From: Rhizodiscina lignyota
Taxonomy: Eukaryota
DNA: 64,000 nt
Assembly (NCBI GenBank): GCA_010015805.1
Contig: ML978121.1
Location: forward strand, 3,286,001 to 3,350,000
Reading direction: 5' to 3'
Position 1 is the first letter of the stretch. Each line of letters begins with the position of its first letter. Below the pieces are notes generated by a model, which did not search any database, was not told where the DNA came from, and was given only the letters and a program-made list of their open reading frames with translations. The position numbers and the translations under genes were made by a program. Shown here one piece after another: positions 25,047 through 35,104 of this stretch.

Positions 25047-26429
25047 CTATTTTAGCTCCTTCCATGCTTCCACGCTCCACCAGTCATCAAAAATATCAGC
25101 TCCTTTGTTGACCCATTTGTATACAAATCCGGCGTCCTGTACCTCACTCTCAAGCTTGCGAGCAGCCATCCGCTTTTCTTCTTCTTCGGCGGAAGGACAA
25201 AACCTGAGTGGACATATGGTTAATTCGAAGCGGCGCATGTTTGGGAGTGACTGGCTATCGACGACCTTTGCAAATGCCAGAAGTGGCTCTTCATGGTCTC
25301 GTCCACAATAGTCCACTTTGAAAGTTTCAAGACTTGCGGGAAGCAACTGGATGATACTCTGACTGGTCACCTTGACAGTTGCACTGCCAGTCGCAGCAGA
25401 GCTGCGGCCAAAGATTGTCGGACCCCGGACAACTAAGTGCTTGAGCTTATCGAGGACGCGAAGCCCACCAGCAGTGACGAAATGAACCTGATACAGTGTA
25501 TTTACATGTAGAGACTCGAGGGTAGTTGCATGAGCAGCGGCCAATTTAGTAAGAGTGAAAGGGGCCAAAGAGCTATCGCCACTCTTGTTGTGCGGTGGAA
25601 TTTCGATATATTCGAGACGGGTCAGAGCCTTGCATGACGACACGAGAAGGTCGATAAAGCCGGGCTGCTTGGTCCCAATCCAGCTGATTGTCTGCACCGC
25701 CGACGATCGCGGAAGGCATGTCCACAGAGACAGATCTAAATCAGGTTTGTCGCCGAGGTCTACGCACATGAAAGTAGAAAGGTTTGGCATGGAGAAGAGA
25801 ATTGTCAGTCCCTGCAGGTCGATGGGAGATTTGTCGCTAGCTATCAGCCTTATACTTTTGAGCTTCGACATGCTATGTCCGACTTTCGCTACCAGCTCGA
25901 TTAGAGATAGCGGGTAGTGAATTTCATCGTTGTGAAGTTTGTCGGGGGCGAGCTCATTGAGTTTTAGCTCCTCGAGATTTGGAGTGCGCGCCAGTAGGGT
26001 GTGGATCTCGGCAACTTCGCAAGGATATAGGTCGGTATGAGGCATTTCGCTTAAATCGAGCGGAATGCGACTTGTGACAGTGGTCGGGAGCGCCAGTTGC
26101 TCTTTGCTAAGAGGAGCCTGCTCGAGCATTTTCTTGTAGAGCGTCATATCTTCTTCAGATAATGTTGTAGGAAATTGAGGCGGGAGCCACTGGCGGAGGT
26201 TAAGAGAGCGGACCAGAAGCCCAAGCTCAGGATTCTCGAGAAGAGTCCGCGCGAAGGGCCAAAATGGTTTGGGTTGATACATATCAAAGTTTTGATACCT
26301 CTTGTAGAGTTCTGGAGTGACCCATTGGTTAACTCCACGTGATACGAATGACAGCGCCTTAAGATCTTTCTCATCCTGGAGCCGCTCGAAGATGAGGGGG
26401 AAAATGTCGCTCGGAACGTTTGGCAACAT
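25047..26429 (-). CDS. F-box/LRR-like protein
   Basis: N-terminal LPNVPSDIFPLIFERL..DLKALSFVSR....VTPELY, then LxxLxL repeats. The likely start is ATG 26429, not the 26597 ORF start. Confidence 0.75.
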   Translation of the reverse strand: MLPNVPSDIFPLIFERLQDEKDLKALSFVSRGVNQWVTPELYKRYQNFDMYQPKPFWPFARTLLENPELGLLVRSLNLRQWLPPQFPTTLSEEDMTLYKKMLEQAPLSKEQLALPTTVTSRIPLDLSEMPHTDLYPCEVAEIHTLLARTPNLEELKLNELAPDKLHNDEIHYPLSLIELVAKVGHSMSKLKSIRLIASDKSPIDLQGLTILFSMPNLSTFMCVDLGDKPDLDLSLWTCLPRSSAVQTISWIGTKQPGFIDLLVSSCKALTRLEYIEIPPHNKSGDSSLAPFTLTKLAAAHATTLESLHVNTLYQVHFVTAGGLRVLDKLKHLVVRGPTIFGRSSAATGSATVKVTSQSIIQLLPASLETFKVDYCGRDHEEPLLAFAKVVDSQSLPNMRRFELTICPLRFCPSAEEEEKRMAARKLESEVQDAGFVYKWVNKGADIFDDWWSVEAWKELK

Positions 26430-26632
26430 CCTGGGATCGATAGTTGTATTAAAGCAGTGGACTGCTGTGTGATTCCGAAGGCATGTAGCGATGTGGGACA
26501 GTTGAAAGGTCGCAGCCGGAGTAGAAGTATTTATAGGCAGCCTCTCACAATTTTGGTAGGGGTATTCGCAAGCAAAGCTTCGACTTTTGTGAATCATGGA
26601 AGTGAATGACGAGCGCTAACCGAAGCATTGCT

Positions 26633-27310
26633 TCAGAAGGCGCTGAGGCCATGCCACCACATGTAGCAACCAACTGCAAGCAAGCTTGGTACTGCGTAAC
26701 CTAATTGCATTTCGATCACACTCCAGACCCACAATGTCCCCACTGGAGGCGCCCTCTTCATCACAGCGTAATATCCATGCTTGTTGCCAGAGAAGACCAA
26801 GTAGCACCCTGCGACCACTGAGGTTCCCATGAACAGGACTTGTTTCCCGATCGCAAGGTATCGATTCGAGGGTGTTCCGTGAAGCATGTACACCAGTAAC
26901 ATTAATATCGGCACTGCGACTGCCCACCGTGCGGCGATCTCCTTCCACTCAATTTCTTGCCGGTATTGATTGTACACTAGGACGTCGAGGGTAAAATGAA
27001 GCATCGAGAGGCTTGAGCCGTACAGCACTGCGTCACCGAATGCACCTAACGGCTCGTCGCTCATGAACTCCCAGTCACCATCCTTGTCTCTTACAGGGCC
27101 GCGCCTCTCTTCAGGAGGCTTATCTTTATCAAGTTCAGCTTGCCGTTCGTCTGCGAGCTCGAAGAGCGTCTTGCCGTCAGGGCGCTTTCGTGTCGGTAGC
27201 TCCATTGCGATGTCATCGATCGTCTGTATTTTATCCGGATCTTTGGACTTGCCGCTGCGTTCAGCAGCCCGGCGCTCTTTTCGGTTCTTTGGCTGTTGAG
27301 TCGATGCCAT
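26633..27310 (-). CDS. Conserved fungal multi-pass membrane protein of unknown function
   Basis: NRKERRA, KTLFELA, LHFTLDVLVYNQY, YYAVMKRAPPVGTLWVWSVIEM; about 4 hydrophobic helices. Confidence 0.8.
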   Translation of the reverse strand: MASTQQPKNRKERRAAERSGKSKDPDKIQTIDDIAMELPTRKRPDGKTLFELADERQAELDKDKPPEERRGPVRDKDGDWEFMSDEPLGAFGDAVLYGSSLSMLHFTLDVLVYNQYRQEIEWKEIAARWAVAVPILMLLVYMLHGTPSNRYLAIGKQVLFMGTSVVAGCYLVFSGNKHGYYAVMKRAPPVGTLWVWSVIEMQLGYAVPSLLAVGCYMWWHGLSAF

Positions 27311-27483
27311 CTCGAGGGTTTGAACGCGTAGATAGTGAAGAAGACGCGTGAGCAGCTGAAGTGACGTCTGAATTTTTGCGGCTCTGCGGAGGAGCTCAAC
27401 CCCCCTGTCGATCACCTCCGAACTCCACCCATCATGTATTTCTTGGACCTCTGCAACTCATCTTCTTCTCGCAGTTTCCGAAG

Positions 27484-28372
27484 ATGCACTGGCTCTCTAT
27501 AGCCTCAATCCCCCTTCTTGTCTTCGGCCTATGGCTCTACACAGCGCAACTGTCGCGTGGCTTCCCTGCGATTCGCGGAAAGCGGATATGCTTCCTTATA
27601 GCGCATCCAGACGATGAAGCCATGTTCTTTGCGCCTACAGTGCTTGCATTAACCAAACCAGAGCTGGGAAATCATGTCAAGATTCTGTGTCTGAGCAGTG
27701 GTATGTTTCTTTTTCTCGTATAGTTAGGAAAGCATTCTCACCACCACAGGCGACGCAAATGGCTTGGGCGAAACGCGCAAAAAAGAGCTCATCACCAGTG
27801 GCCTAATGCTCGGCCTACGCTCCTCCGATGACATCTTCGTCTTCGAAGACCGTAACTTTCCAGACTCAATGTCTGTGACCTGGAATCCACGTCTCATTTC
27901 GAACCTTTTAACCACGACATTCGCACCGAAGATGGCCTCAATAGCTGCCACGAGCGCACCGCAGACCACGGTTGACATTGTCATAACCTTCGACGAGCAT
28001 GGCATCTCGCACCATCCGAACCATCGCTCATTATATCACGGCGCTACTACGTTCATCAAGTCTCTTATGCACCGACACACGGGCTGGGAGTGTCCGATTG
28101 CCCTCTATACACTCACCTCTGTCAACATTGTGCGTAAATACAGCAGCGTGTTAGATGCGCCGGCTACCATCTTCAACTTGATATTCAGAAAAAAGGAGCA
28201 GAGCGCCTTTCCGACTCCACTTCTGTACGTCAGCGGCCTACGAGAATATGTTGCAGCTAGGAGTGCAATGGTGCGCGGTCATAAGAGTCAGATGGTGTGG
28301 TTTCGCTGGGGTTGGATCGCACTAGGGAGATATATGATCTTGAACGATCTGAAGAAAGAAAAGGTCTTATGA
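27484..28372 (+). CDS. GPI12: N-acetylglucosaminyl-phosphatidylinositol de-N-acetylase (PIG-L)
   Basis: N-terminal TM helix, IAHPDDEAMFFAP, CLSSG|DANGLGETRKKEL, TFDEHGISHHPNH, HKSQMVWFR. One intron at about 27701-27749. Confidence 0.93.
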
Positions 28373-28589
28373 ATACTGCGAGGTATTATTGATCATTGGT
28401 CATTCCATGTCCTGCATTATCACTATGATCACGAAGGTCCAGAGCTATCCCGAAGGCCCATCAATTCAGCATGCAATCCCTTCATGGCGGCCAAGTCCAA
28501 TGACTTCGCAGTGTCTCGGTAATGCATATCACCCTCAACCTTGATTCAGGCATTGCATGTACCGAGATGTTGTCTCTGTTAACTTCGCT

Positions 28590-30229
28590 TCACATGCTTC
28601 CTTGTATCGGGATGAAACATTTCCCGGCTTCGACAGTGGCATTCCCCAATGGCCAATGCCATCCGTCATGCTCTGGCTCCGAGCTCACGAAATGGTCTAG
28701 ATCCTCTATCTGCAATGGTTCCAGGTTGATGCGTAGCACACAGAGGCTCCCGTGCGCGCCTTCTGGGAGAAACAAGTACATCGTCTCTCCATCCTTTCTA
28801 AGCAAGAATACCTCACTTTTATTACCCTTCCTAGTCGTCCCGTTGAGAGCTTGAAGCGTCGTAGCCGCGGTAGAGCGACTGGCACACTTCTGAGGAAGTC
28901 CGCGAGCCAGCCAAGGTGTTTGTTCGCTATGTAGCTCTCAGTGTCCGCCGCTCGCAGATTGCTATCGTTGGGGAAATTTCCGTTCCATTGTAGGATCAGA
29001 GTGGACAGCTAGACTTTCATCAGCTAACGAACAGGATACGATTTTCTAACTAGCGTGCTACTTACGTCAAGGGCCTCCGGTGTAGCTAGGAGGTGGTTCT
29101 GCAGTCCCAATAGTGCTGTTGAAGAGGTGTCTGCAGGCCAAAAACACACCGCATCGGTGGCAAGGTGTTTGAGCTGCTTGAAGCTCGAGAGATCTAGAAC
29201 TGTCCTGTCGTGGGTTACACGATTAGGGTCGGCCTTCCAAAAGGCGGATATCGAAACCTCTAGCGTCAAATACACCAGCGAATCTTTTACTTCCTTAAAG
29301 GCCTCAACTAGCTCCTGGGGCGAGAGAGGCTCGGCTGTTCGCCGTCCTCCAGCAAGGTGATGAAGATGTCGCGAATTCATCTTTTGTAGAGGTGCTACGA
29401 CACGGAGGTCTTTGAGAGCCTTTGGGATCGATAGCAACTGCCGGAGGATACCGATTTCGATATCGTAGATTCCAGGTCCATTTCTTTTGCCAATGGCCAA
29501 CCCAAGGACCTTTACATTTGACGATTTGGGCCGCACGTCTTTCCAATCCAGTTTTTGGAGCGTAAGCACTCCAGACGCCTCGATCGTAGTAACTGATGGG
29601 ATTGACATCAAGTCCACGATTTCTGTTACTGTGGCTGAACCCTCGAGAATAACTGTGTGGAGCACTCCGATATCCAAGCACGTCGCAAAATCCATTCGCC
29701 GATCCAACCCGATGAAGCCGGAAGCCGACTCTTTCGCTATATGCGTTGGGTCATCGCGTTTCTCTTCATCGCTACGATAAAATCGATCCAGTGTAAGACG
29801 CAGAACTTTCAGGCCAGGCAATTTCGCAAGCATTGTCTCGAGTTCAAGATGCCAGGCAGGGTCCATGAGTTCACAAATGCAAAAGTTGAACTCGCGAACC
29901 CTTCTCGCGAGAAGGGGTCGCTCTAGAAGAGCTGTCTTGAAAGGTTCAAAGGCATTCACGGTCGGCTCGCCCCTCATCTCCCTCCTCACTTCAAAGTGGA
30001 CATCACGGACAAGCCACTCTTGAGCGAGATGACAGAGCCTGCTGTGGACGAGGCAGAGATTGTGGAGTGTTTTGTAATGACGTTTATCGTAAAGGATCCT
30101 AAAGATTTCGTGGAGACAATCCTCATTGAGGTCGAGAAGAGTCGTGGCTGTGCCTGACGATGATTTGATGGCTGTTGCCGACGTTGGTCTGACGGCCGTC
30201 ATCGGCAATGTCTTGATCCAAATTACCAT
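28590..30229 (-). CDS. F-box/LRR-like protein (3' exon structure uncertain)
   Basis: TLLDLNEDCLHEIF...TLHNLCLVHSRLCHLAQEWL F-box-like segment and LxxL repeats. After a GTAAGT intron near 29064 the frame continues LSTLILQWNG...WLADFL. The true stop is not resolved. Confidence 0.65.
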
Positions 30230-30525
30230 CGAAATTAGAGGGTTCTCAAAGAGTAGGCATAAGAGCTATCAAGGAAGAAGATTCGTTATTGAAGCGTTTC
30301 AAGAAAGAGTGGGTTTAAGAGAGGGCTTATATATTAACCCCTAGGTGTTTGAGAGACTAGTGCGGCTACGAAGAGCCGTCATAACTACAGCGACAGACAT
30401 TGACGCCCAACAAACTCAGCAAATGACGCCAGCTTGCAAATCTGCACAGAATGTTCATAAACGAGCGAGAGACGGCCTTCAAGGAATCGAGAAACATTGC
30501 GAGATCGTGTCACAAAGCCGGCGCT

Positions 30526-31248
30526 TCAGATATAGTCATTCTGCGCATACCAGTCTCCCCGGCCCTCAGGAATCAAGTCCAGTATCATCCACACTGCGGT
30601 GAATAAATCACCGCCACGCTCCGGGAACCGCTCCTGGTCTTCGTTCTCCTTGTCAAAGTGGGCATTCACAGTGTACACGTGTCTGACAATGCCCTCCTTC
30701 TCCTTTTTAAAGACACTCATTGACGGAACATCCTTGAAGTCGGGCATCCACGGCGGGTGCTCCAAGTGCATGTCATTATTGAATGTGCTCTCTAGGCTGG
30801 ACAGGATGCGCAGATTGTGCCACCCGCGTTTACGCGCCCACGCACGCAGCTTGCGAATATCGCCCTTGCCAATGATCGCGAGGTTGGCGCGCTGCTCAAT
30901 GTGCTTGGCAGCGCCATTGATGCTGTCGATGGCGCAGCTGCACATGGAACAGGCTTCTTCGGCGTCTTCGCCAAACATCATGTGGTAGATGATGAGGCTG
31001 CGGCCGTCCGCGGCGAGATCGGCTAGCGTCGTCTTGGTGAATGGGCCATCTTCGTTGAGGTCGCGTGGTCCTTCGATGAAGGTATATTCCTTCATGGGAG
31101 CACCTGGTGGAAGAGCTCGACGCATCTCAGCGACGCGCTCGACTTGATTGCGGAGGTCCCACTCGGCTTTGAGGAGATCGGCACGAGCCTGCTTGTACTC
31201 CTCGCTGGCACCAGCGGGATAGCGTTCGATGTGAATTGGACCAGGCAT
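30526..31248 (-). CDS. DUF899 thioredoxin-like protein
   Basis: ARADLLKAE..L....ERVAEMRRALP, LIIYHMMFG, CSMC, ARKRGW..LSS..STFN.D, LDLIPEGR; intronless. Confidence 0.9.
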   Translation of the reverse strand: MPGPIHIERYPAGASEEYKQARADLLKAEWDLRNQVERVAEMRRALPPGAPMKEYTFIEGPRDLNEDGPFTKTTLADLAADGRSLIIYHMMFGEDAEEACSMCSCAIDSINGAAKHIEQRANLAIIGKGDIRKLRAWARKRGWHNLRILSSLESTFNNDMHLEHPPWMPDFKDVPSMSVFKKEKEGIVRHVYTVNAHFDKENEDQERFPERGGDLFTAVWMILDLIPEGRGDWYAQNDYI

Positions 31249-32500
31249 CTCGGCTGAAGCAAAGTATTATTCTTCTGATGATACTGATAAACTGATTCTG
31301 AATAGAGAATTGGGAGCGAGGACTGGAGCGTTTGATTGTGCTATGCGCTGATGAGCAGCTGGAGGTCAACCCTGTACCATATTTATAGAGCAATTGAGAA
31401 GCAAGAAGGTATGAGAGATCAGTAATCTGAAATCAATTGCGCCTCGTATCTAAGGCTGCAATGCGTATCACGGAACCTTTTCAGTGGTATGGATGCACTT
31501 GTTAGAGTGCAGGAGCCCGAGATATGTGGGAGAACGTCGTAGGTGCAGTTCGGTTTCAAGTGACGGTGAGAGCGCCACACAAACTCTGAAGATCAAGCTG
31601 GTGCCTATTCTGAGCTTGGAAACTAGGCATTGAGTCAATTGATTCAGGACGCCAATTTGCAGAGCAATTGAAGTGTCGAGAAGCCTTGCATGATTTTAAC
31701 TTTAACCCCGCGTACGGCGCGCGCCACTGACGCGAAATCACGGGGTTCTGCCTAATCTCTTCGCATTTCCACGGATTCATAAATCCTTTCACATTCGGGA
31801 CGCTGAACTCGCTGATATCGACATGAGCTCGATGTCCCTGTATCACATTTCGCTATGCATAATGGATGAGCAGCTTAGACGGCTTCGCTAGTGATGTGAT
31901 CTGTCCTTGCTTGAGCCCCATGCGGCTGCAGGATTCGAATAATATGCCACAGGCGTGTGCGGCCGCTGATACTGTCTTTCATTTCGATGGCTGTGGAAGA
32001 GATAGTCTAACCTACTATGAAGTTTAAAGCTAATTGACCTCGGTATGTGTCTTACCTGGCTGTCAATAACTCTAGGTATCACTCGTTCGGTATTTTGTCA
32101 CCCCCTGAGCATGGTTCCGCCAGCCTGATTCTTCTGATTTCCACGACGAAATTTCCCCTCCAGACAGCTTCTATGGCAGAAAGTTGTGTCTTTCAAAAGA
32201 CACAGCTCATAGCTCACCTTTTGCCTCTTAAGGATGCAATGTCGATCGCTGATACTTAGACCGACCGTGTGCGGCCGCGCGTACATATCAAGCGTACATC
32301 AATACGTTACATGAATGTGCCGATTTCCTAGTCAAGAGAGAATATTCCCATCGAGTCTCTTGCACGTCGCAATTTGTACTGGTTCTCCCCAGGTTTATTT
32401 TCTTTTAGTATCTCTGAATTTTTTTTACCTACATCGGGTAAACTCTCGACTTCGTGCTCTCAAGCAAACTCTAAGAATCGGTCGAACTACCGTGCCTGGC

Positions 32501-33882
32501 ATGGAGTCGTGGAGTCAATACTATGAGAAAATTGGAGCATCACAACTCCCTGTCGATATCAAATATGAATATGACGAAGAGGCACCGGAGATTCTTGTCC
32601 GGGAGGTCCTCTGCGACCAGCAGTCGAACTCATACGAGGCGAAATCACGCATAATTGCTGGAACGGACATTGGTGTATGGCTTCAGAATGAAAACCAAGA
32701 CAAGAATGATAATCGGATTATACCAGCTTTACAGCTCGTCTGGGTCAATTGGTGTAATAATTCGCTCATGCATATTCGGAAAGATTGGGAGGAACAGATA
32801 CTCAACAGCTTTAATCTGACAGCCGCAAAGCATTATGCTGGAGTGACGCGATACTCTTTCGCAAGGTTTGAGGAACGAACAGGGTCTTCAGACAGCACGA
32901 AGAGCTACTTGGTTAGATCACCTCTCCTTTGCCTGATTTGGTCGTACGACAAGAGTCTGGGAAGGAACCGCGGCATATTCGTGGCAGACCCTTGGCTTCG
33001 CCACCAAATGTCCCACCTGCTAGAGTGTGTCAACGGTTCCACTCTGCACCACCCAATGTTTCTCGCCGAAGTTGCCTCCATGGTTCTCAATTCACATCAT
33101 GACTTTTGGCTCTCAGCTGCAGAGCGAGATATCCGACCAGCGGAGGCACGAACCGGATTTGGCGGGGCAATGAGAAAACATCCTCCTGCCCAGAAGGCGC
33201 TTAGCGAGTTATCAGCGCAAATGAGTGGAGTAAAGGTGAACCTAGCTGCGAGCGATGTTGGATTGGCATTCAATAAGAGATTAAATCGCTTCATCTGGGA
33301 AAACTTACAAGACTACAGCAATGCTCCAGATGGATCGCCGCAACTTGCGGCATTTGACGCGGGCAAGAAAGCGCTGATGGCTAGCTGTGAAGCGACGAAG
33401 GATCGACTGGACTGCGTTCATGATAGGCTGGACGAGTACGTCAAGAGAGCAGATAATCAGCTCACAGCAGTACGGCCACCGCTCCGTAGAGAAGTGAAAA
33501 CCATTGACATATACTCCAGCTCTTTCACCTGATAACCCAGGAAGACACAAAAGCTAGTCTCGCAATCGCTCAAGAGTCCAAGGCTCTGGCTGAGGCAGCA
33601 AAGCGCGACTCAGACTCCATGAAATCTTTATCATTAGTCTCGATGATCTTCCTCCCTAGCACTGCAGTTGCATCGATCTTCGCCATGCCTTTCTTTGACT
33701 GGGATCGCAATGGTGTTAATGACAATTTTTGGATATACTGGGTCACGGTGATTCCTCTCACGATTTTAACGCTGCTCATCTGGCAGCTTTGGATCCGGAG
33801 GCAGAACCTGATAAGGAAAGCCGAATATTTGAAGGGGTCAGAAGGTGGTGATCTAGAGAAGGACGACAAGATTTCCGCTTAG
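32501..33882 (+). CDS. Fungal CorA-like protein (C-terminal coiled coil plus two TM helices)
   Basis: Intron 33470-33519 joins QLTA|LFHLITQEDT..S..IA....KRDSDSMKSLSLVSMIFLPSTAVASIFAMPFF...FWIYWVTVIPLT. An upstream HPMFL motif is present. Confidence 0.85.
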
Positions 33883-35104
33883 GCTTCCATTTATACCCGG
33901 TAATAGCTCTTGATGTATTTTTGAGATGCTACGTTTGCACTGCCCTTGCATTCTAATTTTCGGCGAAAGTTATTTAGAATAGTGTCCATCATGAGAAGCA
34001 GACGAGAAGTGCAGTCTCGACATGTTTGACTTGAGGTAGCCGTGGAAATGGCAACCCTTGGAGAAAGCAGATGCAGGTGTTGTACTCCCACACACCTGAT
34101 CCCAGTTGCTCGCACAACTCAACAAGACGTTTGTGCGGCTGATGCCGAATCAGCAAATTAGTATGCTTCGTAATTTTGATGGTAGATATTAGAATTGTTT
34201 TTTGGTGCCCACGGTCGAGTTTCTGAATTGACACCGATTGCTGTCGATCTGTCGCCTGGAACACTTAAAAATCTAGAAAACGGACCGAGAGCCTCGCTGT
34301 TCCGATGAGAATCGCCTCCCAAAATGCCGAAGAATCAAATAGATCCAAGTTTGTCCTTTATGTTCCGTGAGAGACAACGTCGCCGCTGTACATCAACAGT
34401 TTTGCCACACATTGTGGTTAGCGTGTTCGCTGTTGCCTGAGCATCACGAAGCTGTATTTCGGAGAGCACTGAATCACGCCAGAAAATGAACGGGCCTACG
34501 TCGACAAGGCTCTTCGAGGCTGTGTCTCACGCAATTGGCTACTCGCAATTACATGTGTCGGTCTGGCAAGACGTCGTTTGTCCGAGATCCCATGGCATCT
34601 AAACACGGAAGATGACGAGCGGTCCAAATAGAGGTTCAACTGAGAGCAAAGATAAGACCACTGCAGATGCAGAAGATACAAAGCCATTTCTGTCCTCGAG
34701 GGCGAATATCTAGGCATGGGATTTGTAAATAGAAAGCTCGCAAAGTTTCGTATCCCTGAGACATACAGGTAGAGTACCCCTGCGCTAGTCCGAATGTGGA
34801 ACTCGCCTCAAAACTGGCCTTGACGTCTTGGATGTTTTTTTCGATCCTACATACACTTCTGTACAAGAAAATGACTCGGTATAATCACATGCACTGGCAG
34901 TGCTTTGAAAGCGTAGGATCCCACGGAGGGTTGATCCATTCCCATTCGTCAGTCGGGAATGCGACGCTATCGTTTCGAAGTTATGCATGGTGCATCTTCT
35001 AGCCTGGCGACGCATCGTGAGGCGCAGCACATAACCATCACCCGTGAAGATGAGTACATATTCACATTTTCCTCGCGTATTCTCTTCAACTCTCGCTAGG
35101 CATC

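Noticed and set aside
26430..26597. N-terminal ORF extension of the F-box gene (likewise 32315-32500, 58398-58565, 27311-27415)
   Set aside because: These precede the first domain-consistent ATG and look like UTR or promoter sequence.
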